Positions 13,001 through 26,400 of a DNA stretch of 64,000 nt are shown here, in pieces. Both the position numbers and the translations under genes were made by a program. The notes below the pieces were generated by a model that was given only the letters and a program-made list of their open reading frames with translations, was not told where the DNA came from and did not search any database. The stretch is taken from NCBI GenBank assembly GCA_964016885.1, contig OZ024742.1:375472001-375536000 (forward strand). The letters are read 5' to 3'. Every line of letters starts with the position of its first letter. The stretch's first letter is position 1. This stretch comes from Eledone cirrhosa. Taxonomy: Eukaryota.

Positions 13001-14479
13001 GTTTTCTTCTGTGCTTTTGACTTCTTCTGTGCCTTTGACTTCGTCTGTGCCTTTGAATTCTTCTGTGCCTTTGACTTCTTCTGTGCCTTTGACTTCTTCT
13101 GTGCTTTTGTTTTCTTCTGTGCTTTTGACTTCTTCTGTGCCTTTGTCTTCTTCTGTGCCTTTGACTTCTTCTGTGCTTTTGACTTCTTCTGTGCTTTTGA
13201 CTTCTTCTGTGCCTTTGACTTCTTCTGTGCTTTTGACTTCTTCTGTGCCTTTGACTTCTTCTGTGCTTTTGACTTCTTCTGTGCCTTTGACTTCTTCTGT
13301 GCCTTTGACTTCTTCTGTGCTTTTGACTTCTTCTGTGCTTTTGACTTCTTCTGTGCCTTTGACTTCTTCTGTGCTTTTGACTTCTTCTGTGCCTTTGACT
13401 TCTTCTGTGCTTTTGACTTCTTCTGTGCCTTTGACTTCTTCTGTGCCTTTGACTTCTTCTGTGCTTTTGACTTCTTCTGTGCCTTTGACTTCTTCTGTGC
13501 TTTTGACTTCTTCTGTGCCTTTGACTTCTTCTGTGCCTTTGACTTCTTCTGTGCTTTTGACTTCTTCTGTGCTTTTGACTTCTTCTGTGCCTTTGACTTC
13601 TTCTGTGCTTTTGACTTCTTCTGTGCTTTTGACTTCTTCTGTGCCTTTGACTTCTTCTGTGCCTTTGTCTTCTTCTGTGCCTTTGACTTCTTCTGTGCCT
13701 TTGACTTCTTCTGTGCTTTTGTTTTCTTCTGTGCTTTTGACTTCTTCTGTGCCTTTGACTTCTTCTGTGCCTTTGACTTCTTCTGTGCCTTTGACTTATC
13801 CTGTGCCTTTGACTTCTTCTGTGCTTTTGTTTTCTTCTGTGCTTTTGACTTCTTCTGTGCCTTTGTCTTCTTCTGTGCCTTTGACTTCTTCTGTGCCTTT
13901 GACTTCTTCAGTGCCTTTGACTTCTTCTGTGCCTTTGACTTCTTCTGTGCCTTTGACTCCTTCTGTGCTTTTGACTTCTTCTGTGCCTTTGACTTCTTCT
14001 GTGCTTTTGACTTCTTCTGTGACTTTGACTTCTTCTGTGCCTTTGACTTCTTCTGTGCCTTTGTCTTCTTCTGTGCCTCTGACTTCTTCTGTGCCTTTGA
14101 CTTCTTCTGTGCTTTTGTTTCCTTCTGTGCTTTTGACTTCTTCTGTGCCTTTGACTTCTTCTGTGCCTTTGACTTCTTCTGTGCCTTTGACTTCTTCTGT
14201 GCTTTTGTTTTCTTCTGTGCCTTTGACTTCTTCTGTGCCTTTGATTTCTTCTGTGCCTTTGACTTCTTCTGTGCCTTTGACTTCTTCTGTGCTTTTGACT
14301 TCTTTTGTGCATTTGACTTCTTCTGTGCCTTTGTCTTCTTCTGTGCTTTTGACTTCTTCTGTGCTTTTGACTTCTTCTGTGCTTTTGACTTCTTCTGTGC
14401 CTTTGACTTCTTCTGTGCTTTTGTTTTCTTCTGTACTTTTGACTTCTTCTGTGCCTTTGAATTCTTCTCTGCCTTTGAC

Positions 14480-17400
14480 TTCTTCTGTGCTTTTGACTTC
14501 TTCTGTGCCTTTGACTTCTTCTGTGCCTTTGACTTCTTCTGTGCTTTTGACTTCTTCTGTGCCTTTGACTTCTTCTGTGCCTTTGTCTTCTTCTGTGCCT
14601 TTGACCTCTTCTGTGCTTTTGTTTTCTTCTGTGCTTTTGACTTCTTCTGTGCCTCTGTCTTCTTCTGTGCCTTTGACTTCTTCTGTGCCTTTGACTTCTT
14701 CTGTGCCTTTGACTTCTTCTGTTCTTTTGACTTCTTCTGTACCTTTGACTTCTTCTGTGCTTTTGACTTCTTCTGTGCCTTTGACTTCTTCTGTGCTTTT
14801 GACTTCTTCTGTGCCTTTGACTTCTTCTGTGCATTTGTCTTCTTCTGTGCCTTTGACTTCTTCTGTGCCTTTGTCTTCTTCTGTGCTTTTGACTTCTTCT
14901 GTGCCTTTGTCTTCTTCTGTGCCTTTGTCTTCTTCTGTGCTTTTGTCTTCTTCTGTGCCTTTGTCTTCTTCTGTGCCTTTGTCTTCTTCTGTGCTTTTGT
15001 TTTCTTCTGTGCTTTTGACTTCTTCTGTGCCTTTGACTTCTTCTGTGCCTTTGACTTCTTCTGTGCTTTTGACATCTTCTGAGCCTTTGACTTCTTCTGT
15101 GCCTTTGACTTCTTCTGTGCCTTTGTCTTCTTCTGTGCCTTTGACTTCTTCTGTGCTTTTGTCTTCTTCTGTGCCTTTGACTTCTTCTGTGCATTTGACT
15201 TCTTCTGTGCCTTTGACTTCTTTTGTGCTTTTGTTTTCTTCTGTGCTTTTGACTTCTTCTGTGCCTTTGACTTCTTCTGTGCCTTTGACTTCTTCTGTGC
15301 CTTTGACTTCTTCTGTGCTTTTCTCTTCTTCTGTGCCTTTGACTTCTTCTGTGCTTTTGTCTTCTTCTGTGCCTTTGACTTCTTCTGTTCTTTTGACTTC
15401 TTCTGTGCCTTTGACTTCTTCTGTGCTTTTGTTTTCTTCTGTGCTTTTGACTTCTTCTGTGCCTTTGACTTCTTCTGTGCCTTTGACTTCTTCTGTGCCT
15501 TTGACTTCTTCTGTGCCTTTGTCTTCTTCTGTGCCTTTGACTTCTTCTGTGCCTTTGACTTCTTCTGTGCTTTTGTTTTCTTCTGTGCTTTTGACTTCTT
15601 CTGTGCCTTTGACTTCTTCTGTGCCTTTGACTTCTTCTGTGCCTTTGACTTCTTCTGTGCCTTTGACTTATCCTGTGCCTTTGACTTCTTCTGTGCTTTT
15701 GTTTTCTTCTGTGCTTTTGACTTCTTCTATGCCTTTGACTTCTTCTGTGCCTTTGTCTTCTTCTGTGCCTTTGACTTCTTCTGTGCCTTTGACTTCTTCT
15801 GTGCTTTTGTTTTCTTCTGTGCTTTTGACTTCTTCTGTGCCTTTGACTTCTTCTGTGCCTTTGAATTCTTCTGTGCCTTTGACTTCTTCTGTGCCTTTGA
15901 CTTCTTCTGTGCTTTTGTTTTCTTCTGTGCTTTTGACTTCTTCTGTGCCTTTGACTTCTTCTGTGCCTTTGACTTCTTCTGTGCTTTTCACTTCTTCTGT
16001 GCTTTTGACTTCTTCTGTGCCTTTGACTTCATCTGTGCTTTTGACTTCTTCTGTGCCTTTGACTTCTTCTGTGCTTTTGACTTCTTCTGTGCCTTTGACT
16101 TCTTCTGTGCCTTTGACTTCTGTGCTTTTGACTTCTTCTGTGCCTTTGACTTCTTCTGTGCTTTTGACTTCTTCCGTGCCTTTGACTTCTTCTGTGCTTT
16201 TGACTTCTTCTGTGCCTTTGACTTCTTCTGTGCCTTTGACTTCTTCTGTGCTTTTGACTTTTTCTGTGCTTTTGACTTCTTCTGTGCCTTTGACTTCTTC
16301 TGTGCTTTTGACTTCTTCTGTGCCTTTGACTTCTTCTGTGCTTTTGACTTCTTCTGTGCCTTTGACTTCTTCTGTGCCTTTGACTTCTTCTGTGCTTTTG
16401 ACTTCTTCTGTGCCTTTGACTTCTTCTGTGCCTTTGACTTCTTCTGTGCTTTTGACTTCTTCTGTGCTTTTGACTTCTTCTGTGCCTTTGACTTCTTCTG
16501 TGCTTTTGACTTCTTCTGTGCTTTTGACTTCTTCTGTGCTTTTGACTTCTTCTGTGCCTTTGACTTCTTCTGTGCCTTTGTCTTCTTCTGTGCCTTTGAC
16601 TTCTTCTGTGCCTTTGACTTCTTCTGTGCTTTTGTTTTCTTCTGTGCTTTTGACTTCTTCTGTGCCTTTGACTTCTTTTGTGCCTTTGACTTCTTCTGTG
16701 CCTTTGACTTATCCTGTGCCTTTGACTTCTTCTGTGCTTTTGTTTTCTTCTGTGCTTTTGACTTCTTCTGTGCCTTTGTCTTCTTCTGTGCCTTTGACTT
16801 CTTCTGTGCCTTTGACTTCTTCAGTGCCTTTGACTTCTTCTGTGCCTTTGACTTCTTCTGTGCCTTTGACTTCTTCTGTGCTTTTGACTTCTGTGCCTTT
16901 GACTTCTTCTGTGCTTTTGACTTCTTCTGTGACTTTGACTTCTTCTGTGCTTTTGACTTCTTCTGTGCATTTGACTTCTTCTATGCCTTTGACTTCTTCT
17001 GTGCCTTTGTCTTCTTCTGTGCCTTTGACTTCTTCTGTGCCTTTGACTTCTTCTGTGCTTTTGTTTTCTTCTGTGCTTTTGACTTCTTCTGTGCCTTTGA
17101 CTTCTTCTGTGCCTTTGACTTCATCTGTGCCTTTGACTTCTTCTGTGCCTTTGACTTCTTCTGTGCTTTTGTTTTCTTCTGTACTTTTGACTTCTTCTGT
17201 GCCTTTGACTTCTTCTCTGCCTTTGACTTCTTCTGTGCTTTTGACTTCTTCTGTGCCTTTGACTTCTTCTGTGCCTTTGACTTCTTCTGTGCTTTTGTTT
17301 TCTTCTGTGCTTTTGACTTCTTCTGTGCCTTTGAATTCTTCTGTGCCTTTAACTTCTTCTGTGCTTTTGACTTATACTGTGCCATTGACTTCTTCTGTGC

Positions 17401-20400
17401 TTTTGTTTTCTTCTGTGCTTTTGACTTCTTCTGTGCCTTTGTCTTCTTCTGTGCCTTTGACTTCTTCTGTGCCTTTGACTTCTTCTGTGCCTTTGACTTC
17501 TTCTGTTCTTTTGACTTCTTCTGTACCTTTGACTTCTTCTGTGCTTTTGACTTCTTCTGTGCCTTTGACTTCTTCTGTGCTTTTGACTTCTTCTGTGCCT
17601 TTGACTTCTTCTGTGCCTTTGTCTTCTTCTGTGCCTTTGACTTCTTCTGTGCATTTGTCTTCTTCTGTGCTTTTGACTTCTTCTGTGCCTTTGTCTTCTT
17701 CTGTGCCTTTGTCTTCTTCTGTGCTTTTGTCTTCTTCTGTGCCTTTGACTTCTTCTGTGCCTTTGTCTTCTTCTGTGCCTTTGTCTTCTTCTGCGCTTTT
17801 GTTTTCTTCTGTGCTTTTGACTTCTTCTGTGCCTTTGACTTCTTCTGTGCCTTTGACTTCTTCTGTGCCTTTGTCTTCTTCTGTGCCTTTGACCTCTTCT
17901 GTGCCTTTGACTTCTTCTGTGCTTTTGTTTTCTTCTGTGCTTTTGACTTCTTCTGTGCCTTTGTCTTCTTCTGTGCCTTTGACTTCTTCTGTGCCTTTGA
18001 CTTCTTCTGTTCTTTTGACTTCTTCTGTGCCTTTGACTTCTTCTGTGCTTTTGACTTCTTCTGTGCCTTTGACTTCTTCTGTGCTTTTGACTTCTTCTGT
18101 GCCTTTGACTTCTTCTGTGCCTTTGTCTTCTTCTGTGCCTTTGACTTCTGTGCCTTTGTCTTCTTCTGTGCTTTTGACTTCTTCTGTGCCTTTGTCTTCT
18201 TCTGTGCCTTTGTCTTCTTCTGTGCTTTTGTCTTCTTCTGTGCCTTTGTCTTCTTCTGTGCCTTTGTCTTCTTCTATGCCTTTGTCTTCTTCTGTGCTTT
18301 TGTTTTCTTCTGTGCTTTTGACTTCTTCTGTGCCTTTGACTTCTTCTGTGCCTTTGACTTCTTCTGTGCTTTTGACATCTTCTGTGCCTTTGACTTCTTC
18401 TGTGCCTTTGACTTCTTCTGTGCCTTTGTCTTCTTCTGTGCCTTTGACTTCTTCTGTGCTTTTGTCTTCTTCTGTGCCTTTGACTTCTTCTGTGCTTTTG
18501 ACTTCTTCTGTGCCTTTGACTTCTTTTGTGCTTTTGTTTTCTTCTGTGCTTTTGACTTCTTCTGTGCCTTTGACTTCTTCTGTGCCTTTGACTTCTTCTG
18601 TGCCTTTGACTTCTTCTGTGCTTTTCTCTTCTTCTGTGCCTTTGACTTCTTCTGTGCTTTTGTCTTCTTCTGTGCCTTTGACTTCTTCTGTGCTTTTGAC
18701 TTCTTCTGTGCCTTTGACTTCTTCTGTGCTTTTGTTTTCTTCTGTGCCTTTGACTTCTTCTGTGCCTTTGACTTCTTCTGTGCATTTGACTTCTTCTGTG
18801 CTTTTGACTTCTTCTGTGCCTTTGACTTCTTCTGTGCCTTTGACTTCTTCTGTGCCTTTGACTTCTTCTGTGCCTTAGACTTCTTCTGTGCTTTTGTTTT
18901 CTTCTGTGCTTTTGACTTCTTCTGTGCCTTTGTCTTCTTCTGTGCCTTTGACTTCTTCTGTGCTTTTGACTTCTTCTGTGCCTTTGACTTCTTCTGTGCT
19001 TTTGACTTCTTCTGTGCCTTTGTCTTCTTCTGTGCCTTTGACTTCTTCTGTGCCTTTGACTTCTTCTGTGCTTTTGTTTCCTTCTGTGCTTTTGACTTCT
19101 TCTGTGCCTTTGACTTCTTCTGTGCCTTTGACTTCTTCTGTGCCTTTGACTTCTTCTGTGCCTTTGACTTCTTCTGTGCTTTTGTTTTCTTCTGTGCCTT
19201 TGACTTCTTCTGTGCCTTTGATTTCTTCTGTGCCTTTGACTTCTTCTGTGCCTTTGACTTCTTCTGTGCTTTTGACTTCTTCTGTGCCTTTGACTTCTTC
19301 TGTGGTTTTGACTTCTTCTGTGCCTTTGACTTCTTCTGTGCCTTTGTCTTCTTCTGTGCTTTTGACTTCTTCTGTGCCTTTGACTTCTTCTGTGCTTTTG
19401 TTTTCTTCTGTACTTTTGACTTCTTCTGTGCCTTTGACTTCTTCTCTGCCTTTGACTTCTTCTGTGCTTTTGACTTCTTCTGTGCCTTTGACTTCTGCTG
19501 TGCCTTTGACTTCTTCTGTGCTTTTGACTTCTTCTGTGCCTTTGATTTCTTCTGTGCCTTTGTCTTCTTCTGTGCCTTTGACTTCTTCTGTGCTTTTGTT
19601 TTCTTCTGTGCTTTTGACTTCTTCTGTGCCTTTGAATTCTTCTGTGCCTTTAACTTCTTCTGTGCTTTTGACTTATACTGTGCCATTGACTTCTTCTGTG
19701 CCTTTGACTTCTTCTGTGCTTTTGACTTCTTCTGTGCCTTTGACTTCTTCTGTGCCTTTGACTTCTTCTGTGCCTTTGTCTTCTTCTGTGCCTTTGACCT
19801 CTTCTGTGCATTTGACTTCTTCTGTGCTTTTGTTTTCTTCTGTGCTTTTGACTTCTTCTGTGCCTTTGTCTTCCTCTGTGCCTTTGACTTCTTCTGTGCC
19901 TTTGACTTCTTCTGTGCCTTTGACTTCTTCTGTTCTTTTGACTTCTTCTGTACCTTTGACTTCTTCTGTGCTTTTGACTTCTTCTGTGCCTTTGACTTCT
20001 TCTGTGCTTTTGACTTCTTCTGTGCCTTTGACTTCTTCTGTGCCTTTGTCTTCTTCTGTGCCTTTGACTTCTTCTGTGCCTTTGTCTTCTTCTGTGCTTT
20101 TGACTTCTTCTGTGCCTTTGTCTTCTTCTGTGCCTTTGTCTTCTTCTGTGCTTTTGTCTTCTTCTGTGCCTTTGTCTTCTTCTGTGCCTTTGACTTCTTC
20201 TGTGCCTTTGTCTTCTTCTGTGCTTTTGTTTTCTTCTGTGCTTTTGACTTCTTCTGTGCCTTTGACTTCTTCTGTGCCTTTGACTTCTTCTGTGCTTTTG
20301 ACATCTTCTGAGCCTTTGACTTCTTCTGTGCCTTTGACTTCTTCTGTGCCTTTGTCTTCTTCTGTGCCTTTGACTTCTTCTGTGCTTTTGTCTTCTTCTG

Positions 20401-23400
20401 TGCCTTTGACTTCTTCTGTGCTTTTGACTTCTTCTGTGCCTTTGACTTCTTTTGTGCTTTTGTTTTCTTCTGTGCTTTTGACTTCTTCTGTGCCTTTGAC
20501 TTCTTCTGTGCCTTTGACTTCTTCTGTGCCTTTGACTTCTTCTGTGCTTTTCTCTTCTTCTGTGCCTTTGACTTCTTCTGTGCTTTTGTCTTCTTCTGTG
20601 CCTTTGACTTCTTCTGTGCTTTTGACTTCTTCTGTGCCTTTGACTTCTTCTGTGCTTTTGTTTTCTTCTGTGCCTTTGACTTCTTCTGTGCCTTTGACTT
20701 CTTCTGTGCATTTGACTTCTTCTGTGCTTTTGACTTCTTCTGTGCCTTTGACTTCTTCTGTGCCTTTGTCTTCTTCTGTGCCTTTGACTTCTTCTGTGCC
20801 TTTGTCTTCTTCTGTGCTTTTGACTTCTTCTGTGCCTTTGTCTTCTTCTGTGCTTTTGACTTCTTCTGTGCCTTTGTCTTCTTCTGTGCCTTTGTCTTCT
20901 TCTGTGCTTTTGTCTTCTTCTGTGCCTTTGTCTTCTTCTGTGCCTTTGTCTTCTTCTGTGCCTTTGTCTTCTTCTGTGCTTTTGTTTTCTTATGTGCTTT
21001 TGACTTCTTCTGTGCCTTTGACTTCTTCTGTGCCTTTGACTTCTTCTGTGCTTTTGACATCTTCTGTGCCTTTGACTTCTTCTGTGCCTTTGACTTCTTC
21101 TGTGCCTTTGTCTTCTTCTGTGCCTTTGACTTCTTCTGTGCTTTTGTCTTCTTCTGTGCCTTTGACTTCTTCTGTGCCTTTGACTTCTTTTGTGCTTTTG
21201 TTTTCTTCTGTGCTTTTGACTTCTTCTGTGCCTTTGACTTCTTCTGTGCCTTTGACTTCTTCTGTGCCTTTGACTTCTTCTGTGCTTTTCTCTTCTTCTG
21301 TGCCTTTGACTTCTTCTGTGCTTTTGTCTTCTTCTGTGCCTTTGACTTCTTCTGTGCTTTTGACTTCTTCTGTGCCTTTGACTTCTTCTGTGCTTTTGTT
21401 TTCTTCTGTGCCTTTGACTTCTTCTGTGCCTTTGACTTCTTCTGTGCATTTGACTTCTTCTGTGCTTTTGACTTCTTCTGTGCCTTTGACTTCTTCTGTG
21501 CCTTTGACTTCTTCTGTGCCTTTGACTTCTTCTGTGCCTTAGACTTCTTCTGTGCTTTTGTTTTCTTCTGTGCTTTTGACTTCTTCTGTGCCTTTGTCTT
21601 CTTCTGTGCCTTTGACTTCTTCTGTGCTTTTGACTTCTTCTGTGCCTTTGACTTCCTCTGTGCCTTTGACTTCTTCTGTGCCTTTGTCTTCTTCTGTGCC
21701 TTTGGCTTCTTCTGTGCCTTTGACTTCTTCTGTGCTTTTGTTTCCTTCTGTGCTTTTGACTTCTTCTGTGCCTTTGACTTCTTCTGTGCCTTTGACTTCT
21801 TCTGTGCTTTTGACTTCTTCTGTGCCTTTGACTTCTTCTGTGCCTTTGACTTCTTCTGTGCTTTTGACTTCTTCTGTGCCTTTGACTTCTTCTGTGCCTT
21901 TGTCTTCTTCTGTGCCTTTGACTTCTTCTGTGCTTTTGTTTTCTTCTGTGCTTTTGACTTCTTCTGTGCCTTTGAATTCTTCTGTGCCTTTAACTTCTTC
22001 TGTGCTTTTGACTTCTTCTGTGCCTTTGACTTCTTCTGTGCCTTTGACTTCTTCTGTGCTTTTGACTTCTTCTGTGCCTTTGACTTCTTCTGTGCCTTTG
22101 TCTTCTTCTGTGCCTTTGACCTCTTCTGTGCTTTTGTTTTCTTCTGTGCTTTTGACTTCTTCTGTGCCTCTGTCTTCTTCTGTGCCTTTGACTTCTTCTG
22201 TGCCTTTGACTTCTTCTGTGCCTTTGACTTCTTCTGTTCTTTTGACTTCTTCTGTACCTTTGACTTCTTCTGTGCTTTTGACTTCTTCTGTGCCTTTGAC
22301 TTCTTCTGTGCTTTTGACTTCTTCTGTGCCTTTGACTTCTTCTGTGCATTTGTCTTCTTCTGTGCCTTTGACTTCTTCTGTGCCTTTGTCTTCTTCTGTG
22401 CTTTTGACTTCTTCTGTGCCTTTGTCTTCTTCTGTGCCTTTGTCTTCTTCTGTGCTTTTGTCTTCTTCTGTGCCTTTGTCTTCTTCTGTGCCTTTGTCTT
22501 CTTCTGTGCTTTTGTTTTCTTCTGTGCTTTTGACTTCTTCTGTGCCTTTGACTTCTTCTGTGCCTTTGACTTCTTCTGTGCTTTTGACATCTTCTGAGCC
22601 TTTGACTTCTTCTGTGCCTTTGACTTCTTCTGTGCCTTTGTCTTCTTCTGTGCCTTTGACTTCTTCTGTGCTTTTGTCTTCTTCTGTGCCTTTGACTTCT
22701 TCTGTGCATTTGACTTCTTCTGTGCCTTTGACTTCTTTTGTGCTTTTGTTTTCTTCTGTGCTTTTGACTTCTTCTGTGCCTTTGACTTCTTCTGTGCCTT
22801 TGACTTCTTCTGTGCCTTTGACTTCTTCTGTGCTTTTCTCTTCTTCTGTGCCTTTGACTTCTTCTGTGCTTTTGTCTTCTTCTGTGCCTTTGACTTCTTC
22901 TGTTCTTTTGACTTCTTCTGTGCCTTTGACTTCTTCTGTGCTTTTGTTTTCTTCTGTGCTTTTGACTTCTTCTGTGCCTTTGACTTCTTCTGTGCCTTTG
23001 ACTTCTTCTGTGCCTTTGACTTCTTCTGTGCCTTTGTCTTCTTCTGTGCCTTTGACTTCTTCTGTGCCTTTGACTTCTTCTGTGCTTTTGTTTTCTTCTG
23101 TGCTTTTGACTTCTTCTGTGCCTTTGACTTCTTCTGTGCCTTTGACTTCTTCTGTGCCTTTGACTTCTTCTGTGCCTTTGACTTATCCTGTGCCTTTGAC
23201 TTCTTCTGTGCTTTTGTTTTCTTCTGTGCTTTTGACTTCTTCTATGCCTTTGACTTCTTCTGTGCCTTTGTCTTCTTCTGTGCCTTTGACTTCTTCTGTG
23301 CCTTTGACTTCTTCTGTGCTTTTGTTTTCTTCTGTGCTTTTGACTTCTTCTGTGCCTTTGACTTCTTCTGTGCCTTTGAATTCTTCTGTGCCTTTGACTT

Positions 23401-26400
23401 CTTCTGTGCCTTTGACTTCTTCTGTGCTTTTGTTTTCTTCTGTGCTTTTGACTTCTTCTGTGCCTTTGACTTCTTCTGTGCCTTTGACTTCTTCTGTGCT
23501 TTTCACTTCTTCTGTGCTTTTGACTTCTTCTGTGCCTTTGACTTCATCTGTGCTTTTGACTTCTTCTGTGCCTTTGACTTCTTCTGTGCTTTTGACTTCT
23601 TCTGTGCCTTTGACTTCTTCTGTGCCTTTGACTTCTGTGCTTTTGACTTCTTCTGTGCCTTTGACTTCTTCTGTGCTTTTGACTTCTTCCGTGCCTTTGA
23701 CTTCTTCTGTGCTTTTGACTTCTTCTGTGCCTTTGACTTCTTCTGTGCCTTTGACTTCTTCTGTGCTTTTGACTTTTTCTGTGCTTTTGACTTCTTCTGT
23801 GCCTTTGACTTCTTCTGTGCTTTTGACTTCTTCTGTGCCTTTGACTTCTTCTGTGCTTTTGACTTCTTCTGTGCCTTTGACTTCTTCTGTGCCTTTGACT
23901 TCTTCTGTGCTTTTGACTTCTTCTGTGCCTTTGACTTCTTCTGTGCCTTTGACTTCTTCTGTGCTTTTGACTTCTTCTGTGCTTTTGACTTCTTCTGTGC
24001 CTTTGACTTCTTCTGTGCTTTTGACTTCTTCTGTGCTTTTGACTTCTTCTGTGCTTTTGACTTCTTCTGTGCCTTTGACTTCTTCTGTGCCTTTGTCTTC
24101 TTCTGTGCCTTTGACTTCTTCTGTGCCTTTGACTTCTTCTGTGCTTTTGTTTTCTTCTGTGCTTTTGACTTCTTCTGTGCCTTTGACTTCTTTTGTGCCT
24201 TTGACTTCTTCTGTGCCTTTGACTTATCCTGTGCCTTTGACTTCTTCTGTGCTTTTGTTTTCTTCTGTGCTTTTGACTTCTTCTGTGCCTTTGTCTTCTT
24301 CTGTGCCTTTGACTTCTTCTGTGCCTTTGACTTCTTCAGTGCCTTTGACTTCTTCTGTGCCTTTGACTTCTTCTGTGCCTTTGACTTCTTCTGTGCTTTT
24401 GACTTCTGTGCCTTTGACTTCTTCTGTGCTTTTGACTTCTTCTGTGACTTTGACTTCTTCTGTGCTTTTGACTTCTTCTGTGCATTTGACTTCTTCTATG
24501 CCTTTGACTTCTTCTGTGCCTTTGTCTTCTTCTGTGCCTTTGACTTCTTCTGTGCCTTTGACTTCTTCTGTGCTTTTGTTTTCTTCTGTGCTTTTGACTT
24601 CTTCTGTGCCTTTGACTTCTTCTGTGCCTTTGACTTCATCTGTGCCTTTGACTTCTTCTGTGCCTTTGACTTCTTCTGTGCTTTTGTTTTCTTCTGTACT
24701 TTTGACTTCTTCTGTGCCTTTGACTTCTTCTCTGCCTTTGACTTCTTCTGTGCTTTTGACTTCTTCTGTGCCTTTGACTTCTTCTGTGCCTTTGACTTCT
24801 TCTGTGCTTTTGTTTTCTTCTGTGCTTTTGACTTCTTCTGTGCCTTTGAATTCTTCTGTGCCTTTAACTTCTTCTGTGCTTTTGACTTATACTGTGCCAT
24901 TGACTTCTTCTGTGCTTTTGTTTTCTTCTGTGCTTTTGACTTCTTCTGTGCCTTTGTCTTCTTCTGTGCCTTTGACTTCTTCTGTGCCTTTGACTTCTTC
25001 TGTGCCTTTGACTTCTTCTGTTCTTTTGACTTCTTCTGTACCTTTGACTTCTTCTGTGCTTTTGACTTCTTCTGTGCCTTTGACTTCTTCTGTGCTTTTG
25101 ACTTCTTCTGTGCCTTTGACTTCTTCTGTGCCTTTGTCTTCTTCTGTGCCTTTGACTTCTTCTGTGCATTTGTCTTCTTCTGTGCTTTTGACTTCTTCTG
25201 TGCCTTTGTCTTCTTCTGTGCCTTTGTCTTCTTCTGTGCTTTTGTCTTCTTCTGTGCCTTTGACTTCTTCTGTGCCTTTGTCTTCTTCTGTGCCTTTGTC
25301 TTCTTCTGCGCTTTTGTTTTCTTCTGTGCTTTTGACTTCTTCTGTGCCTTTGACTTCTTCTGTGCCTTTGACTTCTTCTGTGCCTTTGTCTTCTTCTGTG
25401 CCTTTGACCTCTTCTGTGCCTTTGACTTCTTCTGTGCTTTTGTTTTCTTCTGTGCTTTTGACTTCTTCTGTGCCTTTGTCTTCTTCTGTGCCTTTGACTT
25501 CTTCTGTGCCTTTGACTTCTTCTGTTCTTTTGACTTCTTCTGTGCCTTTGACTTCTTCTGTGCTTTTGACTTCTTCTGTGCCTTTGACTTCTTCTGTGCT
25601 TTTGACTTCTTCTGTGCCTTTGACTTCTTCTGTGCCTTTGTCTTCTTCTGTGCCTTTGACTTCTGTGCCTTTGTCTTCTTCTGTGCTTTTGACTTCTTCT
25701 GTGCCTTTGTCTTCTTCTGTGCCTTTGTCTTCTTCTGTGCTTTTGTCTTCTTCTGTGCCTTTGTCTTCTTCTGTGCCTTTGTCTTCTTCTATGCCTTTGT
25801 CTTCTTCTGTGCTTTTGTTTTCTTCTGTGCTTTTGACTTCTTCTGTGCCTTTGACTTCTTCTGTGCCTTTGACTTCTTCTGTGCTTTTGACATCTTCTGT
25901 GCCTTTGACTTCTTCTGTGCCTTTGACTTCTTCTGTGCCTTTGTCTTCTTCTGTGCCTTTGACTTCTTCTGTGCTTTTGTCTTCTTCTGTGCCTTTGACT
26001 TCTTCTGTGCTTTTGACTTCTTCTGTGCCTTTGACTTCTTTTGTGCTTTTGTTTTCTTCTGTGCTTTTGACTTCTTCTGTGCCTTTGACTTCTTCTGTGC
26101 CTTTGACTTCTTCTGTGCCTTTGACTTCTTCTGTGCTTTTCTCTTCTTCTGTGCCTTTGACTTCTTCTGTGCTTTTGTCTTCTTCTGTGCCTTTGACTTC
26201 TTCTGTGCTTTTGACTTCTTCTGTGCCTTTGACTTCTTCTGTGCTTTTGTTTTCTTCTGTGCCTTTGACTTCTTCTGTGCCTTTGACTTCTTCTGTGCAT
26301 TTGACTTCTTCTGTGCTTTTGACTTCTTCTGTGCCTTTGACTTCTTCTGTGCCTTTGACTTCTTCTGTGCCTTTGACTTCTTCTGTGCCTTAGACTTCTT